Assembly: GCA_044371675.1 (NCBI GenBank)
Contig: JBILTF010000002.1
Coordinates: forward strand, 5,962 to 69,961
From: Flavobacteriales bacterium
GTDB taxonomy: Bacteria; Bacteroidota; Bacteroidia; Flavobacteriales_D; Sanyastnellaceae
Direction of reading: 5' to 3'
DNA: 64,000 bases
Below the pieces are notes generated by a model. It was not told the origin of the DNA. It saw only the letters and a program-made list of their open reading frames with translations, and did no database searches. Positions 28,586-37,878 of the stretch are shown here, piece by piece. The stretch's first letter is position 1. The number at the start of each line of letters is the position of its first letter. The translations under genes were made by a program, and so were the position numbers.

Positions 28586-29514
28586 GCTTGTGCTTCGTTA
28601 AATGAAAGAACCGATTGAACAAATATGTCGTGCATGCTTGGCACTTTTTCTTCCGCACTTAAAATATCAACCACTGGAATAACCTGTTTCAAAAGGTCAT
28701 TCAGCTTAAACTCAGATCTAATTCGAACAGAAACTGTGTGAATGCCGTTGTTCAATTCGTTGCTCATTAATTCGAATCGTGCGCCCAAGGCAATGGTGAA
28801 TTCCAACAAGGTTCCCTCGAACTTCAATGTATAAGTTTTCGTTCTGAAACTGTCGCGCACTTCAGCTACGCTTCCACTTAAAATAACTTGCGAACGATTG
28901 ATGAGCGCTATGTTGTCGCAAAGAGATTCCACACTTCCCATGTCGTGCGTGGAGAGAACAATAGTAGTTCCTTCGTCGCGCAGACGCAGCATTTCGTTGT
29001 GAATGAGTTCCGCGTTAATGGGGTCGAATCCGCTGAACGGCTCATCGAGAATGAGCAACTTTGGCTTGTGAACCACAGTGGTGATGAACTGAATCTTCTG
29101 CGCCATTCCCTTCGACAAATCTTCCACTTTCTTGTCCCACCACTCTTGTATCTCGAACTTCTCGAACCACATCTTTAACTCAGTAAGCGCATCTTTTTCC
29201 TTCATGCCTTTCATCTGCGCCAAGTAGACGCACTGCTCTCCCACTTTCATCTTTTTGTAGAGTCCACGTTCTTCGGGAAGGTAGCCGATGTTCTCTACAT
29301 GTGAACGCTGAAGAGGGCTTCCATAAAATTTAATTAAACCATTGTCCGGTTCAATGATCTGATTAAGAATGCGAATGAAGGTGGTTTTTCCAGCACCGTT
29401 GGGACCTAAAAGCCCAAATATTTTCCCCTCAGGAATATCGATACTCACGTTTGTAAGTGCCTGGTATTTTCCGTAGGATTTATTAATGCCTTCGGCTTGA
29501 ATGGCGTATTTCAT
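28582..29514 (-). CDS. ABC transporter ATP-binding protein (NatA-like)
   Basis: Walker A GPNGAGKTT, signature LSKGMAQK, Walker B LLILDEPFSG. Confidence 0.9.
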   Translation of the reverse strand: MKYAIQAEGINKSYGKYQALTNVSIDIPEGKIFGLLGPNGAGKTTFIRILNQIIEPDNGLIKFYGSPLQRSHVENIGYLPEERGLYKKMKVGEQCVYLAQMKGMKEKDALTELKMWFEKFEIQEWWDKKVEDLSKGMAQKIQFITTVVHKPKLLILDEPFSGFDPINAELIHNEMLRLRDEGTTIVLSTHDMGSVESLCDNIALINRSQVILSGSVAEVRDSFRTKTYTLKFEGTLLEFTIALGARFELMSNELNNGIHTVSVRIRSEFKLNDLLKQVIPVVDILSAEEKVPSMHDIFVQSVLSFNEAQA

Positions 29515-29564
29515 AAGTTCTATTGTAATGTCAAAAAGCTACACGAAAGTAAGACGCTTAATCC

Positions 29565-29572
29565 TATCTTTG
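29565..29572 (+). promoter_or_regulatory. Bacteroidota -7 promoter box (TAnnTTTG)
   Basis: TATCTTTG lies 20 nt upstream of the ugd ATG. Confidence 0.45.
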
Positions 29573-29592
29573 CTCCCTAAGAAATTAAATTT

Positions 29593-30909
29593 ATGAAGAT
29601 TGCAGTAGTAGGAACTGGTTACGTTGGACTCGTTACAGGAACGTGTTTCGCTGAAACAGGAAACGACGTTATATGCGTAGATATTAACGAAGAGAAAGTG
29701 GCGCAGATGAAGTCGGGCGTTATTCCGATTTATGAACCGCATTTGGACGTCTTGTTCGAGCGAAACATTCGCGATGGACGATTAACCTTTAGCACCGATT
29801 TGGCTTCATCAATTGTCGATGCACAAATTATTTTCTTGGCTCTTCCTACCCCACCGGGTGAAGACGGAAGCGCCGACCTAAGTTATGTCTTGGGCGTTGC
29901 GAAGCAATTGGGACATTTACTCACCGACTACAAAATTATCGTTGATAAAAGTACGGTTCCTGTTGGAACAGCTGAATTGGTGAACAACGCCATTGCAGAA
30001 CATGCAAAGGTTCAGTTCGATGTGGTGAGCAATCCTGAATTTTTACGTGAAGGATTTGCGGTAGACGATTTCATGAAACCGGACCGCGTGGTTATTGGAA
30101 CCCGCAGCGAACGCGCGAAACAGTTGATGAACGAATTGTACAAGCCGTTTACGCGTCAAGGCAATCCGATTATCTTCATGGACGAGCGCAGTGCTGAGTT
30201 GACTAAGTACGCAGCGAATGCATTCTTGGCAACGAAGATTTCATTCATGAATGAAATAGCGAACTTCTGTGAAAAAGTGGGCGCCGATGTAGACATGGTT
30301 CGTTTAGGTATTGGAACAGATGATCGCATTGGTAAACGTTTCTTGTTCCCGGGCATGGGTTACGGCGGAAGCTGCTTCCCAAAAGACGTTCAGGCATTGG
30401 CGAAATCGGGTAACGATAACGGATATGAATTCAAGATATTGAAATCTGTGATGAAGGTCAACGAGCGTCAGAAGACGACTTTGCTGAAACCGATTCTTGA
30501 TCATTTCAACAATTCATTAACGCATACCAAGATTGCAATTTGGGGATTGGCGTTTAAGCCCGACACCGATGACATTCGCGAGGCACCAGCCTTGTACATG
30601 ATTGAACATTTGTTGGAAGCCGGCGCAACAATTGTGGCTTACGATCCGGAAGCTATGCCGAACGTTCAAAAACAAAAAGGTTATGCCATCTCTTACGCAT
30701 CCGATGCTTACGAGGCATTGGAAGGCGCAGATGCGTTGTTGATCTGCACGGAATGGGGCATGTTCCGCAATCCTGATTTCGATAAAATAGGAAATGCATT
30801 GAAGTCGAAAGTTATTTTCGATGGAAGGAATTTATATGAACTCGACAAAATGCAAGAGTTGGGTTATTTCTACAAGAGCATTGGAAGATCAACTGTTAAT
30901 CAAGACTAA
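29593..30909 (+). CDS. ugd: UDP-glucose 6-dehydrogenase
   Basis: [24 protein letters not shown] (catalytic Cys) and [12 protein letters not shown] motifs. Confidence 0.95.
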   Translation: MKIAVVGTGYVGLVTGTCFAETGNDVICVDINEEKVAQMKSGVIPIYEPHLDVLFERNIRDGRLTFSTDLASSIVDAQIIFLALPTPPGEDGSADLSYVLGVAKQLGHLLTDYKIIVDKSTVPVGTAELVNNAIAEHAKVQFDVVSNPEFLREGFAVDDFMKPDRVVIGTRSERAKQLMNELYKPFTRQGNPIIFMDERSAELTKYAANAFLATKISFMNEIANFCEKVGADVDMVRLGIGTDDRIGKRFLFPGMGYGGSCFPKDVQALAKSGNDNGYEFKILKSVMKVNERQKTTLLKPILDHFNNSLTHTKIAIWGLAFKPDTDDIREAPALYMIEHLLEAGATIVAYDPEAMPNVQKQKGYAISYASDAYEALEGADALLICTEWGMFRNPDFDKIGNALKSKVIFDGRNLYELDKMQELGYFYKSIGRSTVNQD

Positions 30910-30911
30910 TT

Positions 30912-31895
30912 ATGGAACGCGTACTTATAACCGGAGCTGCCGGATTTCTTGGAAGTCATTTGTGCGATCGTTTCCTGAAGGAAGGGTTCGAAGTGATTGG
31001 CATGGACAATCTTATTACAGGTGACCTGAAGAACATTGAACACTTGTTTCCCAGCGAGCACTTCACGTTTTACAATCACGACGTTTCGAATTTCATTCAT
31101 ATTCCTGGAAAGCTCGATTACATTGTGCATTTCGCTTCTCCGGCCTCTCCTATTGACTATTTGAAAATTCCTATTCAAACCTTGAAGGTTGGATCGTTGG
31201 GAACGCACAACTGTTTGGGATTGGCGCGTGAAAAGAATGCTCGCATTATTGTGGCGTCTACTAGTGAAGTGTACGGAGATCCTTTGGTTCATCCGCAAAC
31301 GGAAAGTTATTGGGGACATGTGAATCCTGTTGGGCCTCGCGGAGTTTACGACGAAGCGAAGCGTTTTCAGGAAGCCATTACCATGGCTTATCATACTTAT
31401 CATGGTGTTGAAACACGCATTGTGCGCATCTTCAACACCTACGGTCCGCGCATGCGTCTGAACGACGGACGTGTATTGCCGGCATTTATTGGTCAGGCTA
31501 TTCGTGGAGAAGATTTAACGGTATTCGGCGACGGGTCTCAGACGCGTTCGTTTTGTTATGTAGATGATTTGGTGGAAGGAATTTATCGTTTGTTGATGAG
31601 CGACTACGCACAGCCGGTGAATGTTGGAAATCCGGATGAGATTACCATTTTAGATTTCGCGAAAGAGATTATTAAGTTAACAGGAACCGATCAGAAGATC
31701 GTTTACAACCCCTTGCCTACTGACGATCCGAAGCAGCGCAGACCGGACATTACCTTGGCGCAAAGTATATTGGGTTGGGAGCCGAAGGTTCATCGCAGTG
31801 AAGGATTGAAGATTACTTATGATTACTTCAAGTCGTTGACAACAGAGGAATTGAATAAAGTAGAACACAAGAATTTCGAGAAATACTCGCATTAA
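30912..31895 (+). CDS. uxs: UDP-glucuronate decarboxylase (UDP-xylose synthase)
   Basis: [27 protein letters not shown] and [10 protein letters not shown] motifs. It immediately follows ugd. Confidence 0.9.
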   Translation: MERVLITGAAGFLGSHLCDRFLKEGFEVIGMDNLITGDLKNIEHLFPSEHFTFYNHDVSNFIHIPGKLDYIVHFASPASPIDYLKIPIQTLKVGSLGTHNCLGLAREKNARIIVASTSEVYGDPLVHPQTESYWGHVNPVGPRGVYDEAKRFQEAITMAYHTYHGVETRIVRIFNTYGPRMRLNDGRVLPAFIGQAIRGEDLTVFGDGSQTRSFCYVDDLVEGIYRLLMSDYAQPVNVGNPDEITILDFAKEIIKLTGTDQKIVYNPLPTDDPKQRRPDITLAQSILGWEPKVHRSEGLKITYDYFKSLTTEELNKVEHKNFEKYSH

Positions 31896-32482
31896 TGGAA
31901 AAGGAATACTTTGCGCATGAATCTTCGTTTATAGACGAAGGCTGCACCATTGGAAAAGGCACTAAGATTTGGCATTTCACACATGTGATGTCGAATTGTG
32001 TGTTGGGTGAAAACTGCAACTTGGGACAGAATGTGGTTGTGAGTCCAGACGTTAAGTTGGGCAACAACGTGAAGGTTCAGAACAATGTCAGTATCTACAC
32101 GGGCGTTGAATGTGAGGACGATGTGTTCTTGGGTCCTTCGTGTGTCTTCACGAATGTGATTAATCCGAGAAGCGCAGTTGCTCGTAAAGACGAATACCGC
32201 AAAACAATAGTACGCAGAGGCGCCAGTATTGGTGCGAATGCCACCATTGTATGCGGACACGAGATTGGCGAGTACGCCTTTATAGGTGCGGGAGCTGTGG
32301 TAACTAAAGAGGTGCCAGCGTTTGCTTTGGTCATGGGGAATCCTGCACGTCAAACCGGCTGGATGAGCAAGTTCGGACATAAGCTGCATTTTCATGCTAA
32401 CGGTGAAGCAGTATGTGAGGAAAGTGGGGAAGTTTATGTTTTGGAAAAAGGCGCGGTTAGAACTGCTGAAGTTACGGAGTAA
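31895..32482 (+). CDS. left-handed beta-helix (hexapeptide) sugar N-acetyltransferase, WbpD/QdtC-like
   Basis: Hexapeptide repeats throughout ([36 protein letters not shown]). TAATG overlap with uxs. Confidence 0.8.
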   Translation: MEKEYFAHESSFIDEGCTIGKGTKIWHFTHVMSNCVLGENCNLGQNVVVSPDVKLGNNVKVQNNVSIYTGVECEDDVFLGPSCVFTNVINPRSAVARKDEYRKTIVRRGASIGANATIVCGHEIGEYAFIGAGAVVTKEVPAFALVMGNPARQTGWMSKFGHKLHFHANGEAVCEESGEVYVLEKGAVRTAEVTE

Positions 32483-32537
32483 CTAATGCCCTTCTGGCGA
32501 ATGGTTTCAACGAATACCGTTGGCGAATGTATTCGAC
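32483..32537 (+). repeat. CGAATG-word tandem array (about 4 units of ~13-15 nt) starting at the stop codon of the acetyltransferase gene
   Basis: CTAATGCCCTTCTGG CGAATGGTTTCAA CGAATACCGTTGG CGAATGTATTCGAC. It uses the same vocabulary and the same terminal CGAATGTNTTCGAC as 37252-37369 and (reverse complement) 58098-58143. Confidence 0.7.
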
Positions 32538-32629
32538 TTTTAAGTCAATTCATTATCAATTTAATAATACTTAAATGTCGAAGTCAAGAGATATTATCGT
32601 TAATTAGCAACTAATAATTACCTCTACTC

Positions 32630-33706
32630 ATGAATAAACCATCTGTTAGTTTTTTCAAGAAACTGTTTGCGAATGGCATTAGACCATTAAAACTTGTTTC
32701 ACTTGCCTTTGTTTTATTTTGCGGCTTATTGGTTCAAGCTCAACCGGATACGCAAATACGCGGATTTGTTGATTTTGGCACGAATTACAAAAATGATCAA
32801 GTCAATTTCACCCTAGGTGAGCAGGATTTATTTATCACATCAGACATCTCCGATCGAGTTTCCTTTTTAGGTGAATCCGTTTTTAAATTCTCGGCAAACT
32901 CTCCTACGAAATTTGATGTGAGTATTGAACGAATTATTCTAAAATACAACATCAAAGGAAATCACAATGTGTTATTTGGTAAACACCATACTCCTGTTAA
33001 CTATTGGAACGACTCTTACCACCACGGTCGCGTTCTGTTCCCAACAATTTTTCGTCCTATGATGTTTGATATGGGCGTTGTTCCCTTGCACACAACGGGA
33101 CTGCGTTTTCAAGGACAAAACCTCGGCAAACTGCGTTTCGGTTACGACGCCTTGTTTGGAAACGGAGTTGCATCGACCGACGCAATCGACATCAATAAAA
33201 TGAAATCTGTGATGTTAGGAGCACACATAACACCTAAGGATGGACTTAGAATTGGACTAAGCTATTACCAAGACTACATTCCTAAAGGAGCAGCACTTCA
33301 TCATTCAAGCAATGTTAGCAAGCAAAATGTAAAACAAGCCTTGTACAGTGGTTCAGTATCTTACTTCGGTTCAAAATACGAACTGCTAGCTGAATCTTCA
33401 ATGGTTGTGAATAAGAACGATTCCACGGGAGTTAATGTTAGTCCAACGGCTTACATATATGCTGGTTACCGTACGAAGTATAAATTGGTTCCTTATATGC
33501 GTGTCGATTTATTGAATTTCAGTTCGGAAGAAGTGCTTTTTTCGAACAAGAGACAGCGAGGCGCACTTGTTGGTTTGCGTTATGAGATTAACTATTTGAC
33601 TGTTTTGAAACTCGAATACAATTACACGGAATCCATGTCAATGGCGAATCACTCCTCGATGACCAATACCAGAGCTATTAATTTTCAATTTGCTATTGGA
33701 TTCTAA
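32630..33706 (+). CDS. outer-membrane porin-like beta-barrel (OprO/P-like pattern)
   Basis: Signal peptide, alternating beta-strand pattern, C-terminal ...NFQFAIGF with a terminal Phe. Confidence 0.65.
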   Translation: MNKPSVSFFKKLFANGIRPLKLVSLAFVLFCGLLVQAQPDTQIRGFVDFGTNYKNDQVNFTLGEQDLFITSDISDRVSFLGESVFKFSANSPTKFDVSIERIILKYNIKGNHNVLFGKHHTPVNYWNDSYHHGRVLFPTIFRPMMFDMGVVPLHTTGLRFQGQNLGKLRFGYDALFGNGVASTDAIDINKMKSVMLGAHITPKDGLRIGLSYYQDYIPKGAALHHSSNVSKQNVKQALYSGSVSYFGSKYELLAESSMVVNKNDSTGVNVSPTAYIYAGYRTKYKLVPYMRVDLLNFSSEEVLFSNKRQRGALVGLRYEINYLTVLKLEYNYTESMSMANHSSMTNTRAINFQFAIGF

Positions 33707-33718
33707 AAACTACCCATT

Positions 33719-34180
33719 ATGAAAAAAATAGTTACGAAATTACTTTTCGGTTTTATACTCATTGCTTCCATCATTTCATTACCAAGTGCAACCCCTGTTG
33801 AGGAGTCAAGCATCATGGTTATTGCAAATGTGAAAGGAGCGCCGACCTCTCTTACAATGAAGGAGTTAAAATCCATATTCCAAGGAGAAAAGCAACGTTG
33901 GAATGACGGTACAAAAATCTCGATTGCGTTTATGAAATCGTCTACCCCAATTGGGAGGGCGACCGCAAGCAAAGTACTTAATATGAGTGGCGATCAACTT
34001 AATAAATTTTGGCTCGCACTTGTTTTTCAAGGTAAAGCGAAAGCCCCTGTATTCTTTGGGTCGTCTAACGAAGTGGAAAGTTTTGTTTCACAAAATCCGG
34101 GCTCTATTGGAGTTGTTGACGCCGGCTATCAGTTGAAAGACTCTAGAGTTATTTCCATCGAAGGAAAGAAATCGTTTTAA
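33719..34180 (+). CDS. small periplasmic PstS/PBP_like_2-type substrate-binding domain protein (about half the size of a full PBP)
   Basis: Signal peptide. LTMKELKSIFQGEKQRWNDG ... VSQNPGSIGVVDAGY ... ISIEGK resembles the phosphate-binding-protein family blocks, but the mature protein is only ~130 aa. Confidence 0.6.
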   Translation: MKKIVTKLLFGFILIASIISLPSATPVEESSIMVIANVKGAPTSLTMKELKSIFQGEKQRWNDGTKISIAFMKSSTPIGRATASKVLNMSGDQLNKFWLALVFQGKAKAPVFFGSSNEVESFVSQNPGSIGVVDAGYQLKDSRVISIEGKKSF

Positions 34181-34192
34181 TATTATCTGTTT

Positions 34193-35647
34193 ATGAAACT
34201 TTCGCTGAAGTCGAAAATCTGGTTTACCATGCTTTCCGTGGTATTGATGTTTGCTTTTTTTGTTCTGTTCTATTTCCCTGAACAACAGCAAAAGGTGTTA
34301 TTGAATAACTATAATACCGAAGTTCAAAATCTCTCGAATACTGTTGCCCTCGGTGTGAAAATTGCCTTGACGGAACAGAATTTTGAGGGGGTAACAACAG
34401 CTATGGACTTTGTTTTAAAGAAGGATGAGTTGATTTTTGTGAGTCTGATTCAAACAGACGATTCAACCAAAGAGAAAACTGTTCTAAAAACCGTTCCTGA
34501 AGACTATCCTGTAGAAATTAACATGGGATCAATAGATACCATGATAGTTAAGGTTTCACCTTTCGTCACCCCTACCATGAGCGGTGAAATCATGATTGGA
34601 ATGGGTACCCACCAAATCGTGGAAAGTAAAAAAGAGATTCGCAACACGTCGTTAATCGTTTGCTTGATTGTTTTGTGTATTGGAGTATTTATCGGATTCC
34701 TTCTATCCAAAAACATTACAGTTCCAGTGTTGGCACTTCGAGATGCGGCTCTAAAAGTTGGCGAGGGTGATCGAACACAGCAAGTGAATTCGAACGGAAA
34801 AGATGAAATTGGTGAATTGGGACGGGCGTTTAATAAAATGGTGAATGAGCTCTCAATAGCTGAAACCGAGCGTAAAGCAGCTCAGCAACAATTGATACAA
34901 TCAGAGAAAATGGCGTCACTGGGACAGATGACTGCTGGTATAGCCCATGAAATAAAGAACCCGCTTAATTTCGTTAACAATTTTTCTGCACTCTCTGTGG
35001 AACTTCTTGAAGAACTTGAAGAATCTACTGATGAAGAAGATAAAATTGAAATCATGGAAAGTTTGAAGAGTAATCTTAAAAAGATTACAGCTCATGGAAA
35101 ACGTGCCGATTCAATTGTAGCTACCATGCTGCAGCATTCTCGAGGATCTGTCGGCGCGAAAGTTCCAACAAATATCAATCAGTTGTGTACCGAATTTACA
35201 GATTTAGCCTTTCATGGTATACGCACTAAATCTAGAGATTTTAATTGCATAATAACGAAGAACTACGACGAAAACCTTCCACTGGTCAATGCGATTCCAC
35301 AAGATTTGAGTCGAGTTATTCTTAATCTTCTTAACAACGGTTTTTATGCTGTTGCCGATCGTGCGAAAAAATCGGAACTTTCAGATTATAAGCCGGAGGT
35401 TTGTGTAAGTACTGAGAGAAAAGAAGGAAGTGTTTTCATACATGTTCGTGATAATGGAAGTGGAATTCCAAGTGCCATCAAGGATAAAATCTTTGAACCT
35501 TTCTTTACAACCAAACCAACAGGAGAAGGAACTGGATTAGGTCTTTCGTTGAGCTATGACATCGTTACCAAAGAACATCAAGGAATGATGAGCGTGGAAT
35601 CCGAAGAAGGAAGTTTCACTCAATTTACCATTCAATTACCCATTTAA
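34193..35647 (+). CDS. sensor histidine kinase (2 TM, periplasmic domain, HAMP, HisKA, HATPase)
   Basis: H-box [13 protein letters not shown]-box LLNNGFYA, G-boxes DNGSGI and GTGLGLSLS. Confidence 0.92.
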   Translation: MKLSLKSKIWFTMLSVVLMFAFFVLFYFPEQQQKVLLNNYNTEVQNLSNTVALGVKIALTEQNFEGVTTAMDFVLKKDELIFVSLIQTDDSTKEKTVLKTVPEDYPVEINMGSIDTMIVKVSPFVTPTMSGEIMIGMGTHQIVESKKEIRNTSLIVCLIVLCIGVFIGFLLSKNITVPVLALRDAALKVGEGDRTQQVNSNGKDEIGELGRAFNKMVNELSIAETERKAAQQQLIQSEKMASLGQMTAGIAHEIKNPLNFVNNFSALSVELLEELEESTDEEDKIEIMESLKSNLKKITAHGKRADSIVATMLQHSRGSVGAKVPTNINQLCTEFTDLAFHGIRTKSRDFNCIITKNYDENLPLVNAIPQDLSRVILNLLNNGFYAVADRAKKSELSDYKPEVCVSTERKEGSVFIHVRDNGSGIPSAIKDKIFEPFFTTKPTGEGTGLGLSLSYDIVTKEHQGMMSVESEEGSFTQFTIQLPI

Positions 35648-35653
35648 ATTGCT

Positions 35654-36025
35654 ATGAAATTACTTGTTGTTGACGACGAATTGGATGTGAAGGACATGTT
35701 CCTTCAGCGATTCCGAAAAGAAATAAAAGCCGGCAAATTATCTTTAGTGTTTGCTCATTCCGGGGAGGAAGCAATAGAGCTACTGAGTCAAACCCAACCT
35801 ATGGATGTTGTTTTAATTTTGAGCGATATTAATATGCCAGGTATGACTGGTTTTGATTTGCTTAAAATTGTAAAAGATAAACTCCCAGCATTAAAAGTAT
35901 TTATGGTTTCGGCCTATGGTGATGCATTGAACATGGATAAAGCAAGGGAAAACGGCGCCGATGATTTTATTGAAAAACCTGTTAACTTTAAATTACTGGA
36001 AGAAAAGATATTTAGTACACAATAA
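35654..36025 (+). CDS. single-domain response regulator (receiver only)
   Basis: LLVVDDE, phospho-acceptor context LILSDINMPGMTG, and KVFMVSAYGD. Confidence 0.9.
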   Translation: MKLLVVDDELDVKDMFLQRFRKEIKAGKLSLVFAHSGEEAIELLSQTQPMDVVLILSDINMPGMTGFDLLKIVKDKLPALKVFMVSAYGDALNMDKARENGADDFIEKPVNFKLLEEKIFSTQ

Positions 36026-36030
36026 AAAAT

Positions 36031-37251
36031 ATGGCTGAAAGAATCTTATTTGTAGATGATGAGCCGGACATGGTAGAGCTGATCACGCAACGACTTAGAA
36101 AGCAAGTTCGTGATCATCGATTTGTATTAGAATTTGCTGGGAATGGCCGAATAGCTCTTGAAAAATTAAAGGAATTTGACGATATCCGTATCATCGTCAC
36201 AGACATTAATATGCCTGAAATGGATGGGTTAACCTTGCTCGCGGAGCTCGGAAAACTAGATAGACCTACTCGCACTTTAGTAGTATCGGCATACGGCGAC
36301 ATGCAAAATATAAGAACGGCAATGAACAATGGCGCTTTCGATTTTGTAACCAAACCTATTGATTTTGCCGACCTTGGTCTAACCCTTGATAAGACTATTC
36401 ACGAAGTTCTGTATTTATTACAATCAATAGATACAAAACAGAAACTCCAGGATGAGACCCTTGAGCGAATTAAAGCGCAGGACGAAGCATTGAAACAAGC
36501 CGCAGAAAATGCAAAACTCATTACTGAACAAAATGTAATTCTCGAAGAAAAAGTATCCGCGCGAACCTTAGAGTTGGCGGAAAAAAACGATATCCTGAAT
36601 GTCGAACTTCAAAGAAGTGAGGAACTGTTGCTTAATATTCTTCCTTACGAGACAGCTCAAGAGCTTAAAACAAATGGAAAGGCGGTGGCCCGATTTTATC
36701 CTGAAGTATCAGTAATGTTCACTGATTTCAAAGGGTTCACTCAGATTGCCGAAAAACTTTCGCCTGAACAATTGGTGCAAGAAATCGACGAGTTTTTTAC
36801 GGCGTTTGACCTAATCATTGATAAACACGGAATAGAGAAAATTAAAACCATAGGAGATGCATACATGGCTGCTGGAGGTTTGCCAGCTGTAAATGACACA
36901 CATGCACTAGATCTTGTAAACGCGGCTGTGGACATTATTCAGTATATGAATGAGCAAAAGCAAATACGCACTGCAGCTGGTCGTCCTATTTTTGATATTC
37001 GTGTAGGAATTCACACTGGGCCTGTCGTGGCTGGGATTGTAGGACATAAAAAATTCGCTTACGATATTTGGGGCGATGCAGTAAATCTTGCATCTCGAAT
37101 GGAATCTTCGGGCGAACCCGGACAAATAAATATCAGTCAAGCCACATACGACCGAATCAATTCTAACTATTCTTGCGTTTTCAGAGGAGAAATAGAAGCC
37201 AAGAACAAAGGAAAAGTCGGAATGTATTTCGTTGACATTCCAACAAAGTAA
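36031..37251 (+). CDS. response-regulator receiver fused to class III adenylate cyclase
   Basis: REC: ILFVDDEP, VTDINMPEMDG. Coiled-coil linker. Cyclase: VMFTDFKGFT, KIKTIGDAYMAAGG (substrate Lys), YDIWGDAVNLASRMES (substrate Asp, Asn/Arg). The Lys/Asp pair indicates ATP specificity. Confidence 0.88.
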   Translation: MAERILFVDDEPDMVELITQRLRKQVRDHRFVLEFAGNGRIALEKLKEFDDIRIIVTDINMPEMDGLTLLAELGKLDRPTRTLVVSAYGDMQNIRTAMNNGAFDFVTKPIDFADLGLTLDKTIHEVLYLLQSIDTKQKLQDETLERIKAQDEALKQAAENAKLITEQNVILEEKVSARTLELAEKNDILNVELQRSEELLLNILPYETAQELKTNGKAVARFYPEVSVMFTDFKGFTQIAEKLSPEQLVQEIDEFFTAFDLIIDKHGIEKIKTIGDAYMAAGGLPAVNDTHALDLVNAAVDIIQYMNEQKQIRTAAGRPIFDIRVGIHTGPVVAGIVGHKKFAYDIWGDAVNLASRMESSGEPGQINISQATYDRINSNYSCVFRGEIEAKNKGKVGMYFVDIPTK

Positions 37252-37455
37252 CGAATGCCCTGCGGGCGAATGCCTTTGTAAAAGGTAAGAGAAGTTAAGA
37301 AAAGGTAAGAGAGGGGATAATGTACTTCGTACGAATGCCTGCGGCGAATGCTTCGCGAATGTCTTCGACTGGTTATCCAATAACACCGTTCCAATTATGA
37401 AATAGGAATTACGAAGTAGGAATAAATCCGAAGGATTTCCAATAACGTAGTTCAT
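37252..37455 (+). repeat. composite intergenic word-array: CGAATG words, AAGAG words, CGAATG words, then ~2 units of the 34-nt family
   Basis: It starts at the base after the cyclase stop codon. CGAATG occurs at 37252, 37267, 37332, 37345 and 37356. GGTAAGAGAAG TTAAGAAAAGG GGTAAGAGAGGGG spans 37284-37316. Positions 37376-37455 are the reverse complement of the 57495-57616 unit (18-nt identity, 37408-37425 vs 57515-57532). Confidence 0.8.
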
Positions 37456-37476
37456 TGACATTTATCATAACCTCAA

Positions 37477-37490
37477 TTGAGCGCACTCAT
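37477..37490. promoter_or_regulatory. possible CRP/FNR-family operator (TTGA-N6-TCAT)
   Basis: AATTTGAGCGCACTCATTT matches 7 of 8 positions of TTGA-N6-TCAA. It lies 48 nt upstream of the ORF that leads into the ccoI-cco cluster. Confidence 0.25.
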
Positions 37491-37537
37491 TTCCATTTAA
37501 CAAGGATTATCGGAATTTCGTGCTTTGAATAAAGAGC

Positions 37538-37876
37538 ATGATCGTTAATCCCAATACTACCGTGAATGAACTGATGTGCCAGTTCGCTGAGCACTTTCCT
37601 TTTCTACGCTTAGCGTTTTATGAAGGAAGTGGTTCGAAAAAACGTGTGGCAACAGAAAACGACTTCGCTCTGAAAAATAGAAAAAAAAGTGTTGAAGTAA
37701 TTTTCGAAAGATCAACCAAAGTCCGAGATTTCATTGATGAATTAGAGAAATCACTCGGTTGGAAAGTACAAATACTTCGAAGCAGCGGAAAACTCTACAT
37801 TGAAACTTCGGTTACTGATCAATGGACCCTCGATAGACAAAACCAAGAGGGAGCTGAACTTTCAAGCAACTTGTAA
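37538..37876 (+). CDS. hypothetical 112-aa cytoplasmic protein, tightly coupled to ccoI
   Basis: ORF with no TM helix or signal peptide. Its stop is 2 nt before the ccoI ATG. I recognise no family. Confidence 0.5.
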   Translation: MIVNPNTTVNELMCQFAEHFPFLRLAFYEGSGSKKRVATENDFALKNRKKSVEVIFERSTKVRDFIDELEKSLGWKVQILRSSGKLYIETSVTDQWTLDRQNQEGAELSSNL

Positions 37877-37878
37877 CC

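Noticed and set aside
28582-29514. Gliding-motility ABC ATPase GldA.
   Set aside because: The partner is a single 451-aa ABC-2/NatB-type permease rather than a GldF/GldG pair. I left it as a generic NatA-like ATPase.
30906-31403. 165-aa ORF antisense to uxs. Similar long antisense ORFs occur at 31892..32395, 18823..19368, 56304..56822, 4510..4839 and 7608..7958.
   Set aside because: Each lies wholly inside a gene with strong family motifs on the opposite strand. Their translations are low-complexity or Arg/Ser/Cys-rich with no motifs. They are typical shadow ORFs.
36907-37461. 184-aa minus-strand ORF spanning the cyclase 3' end and the repeat-rich intergenic region.
   Set aside because: It overlaps the well-supported cyclase gene and otherwise just translates the word arrays. 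It has no start context and no motifs.
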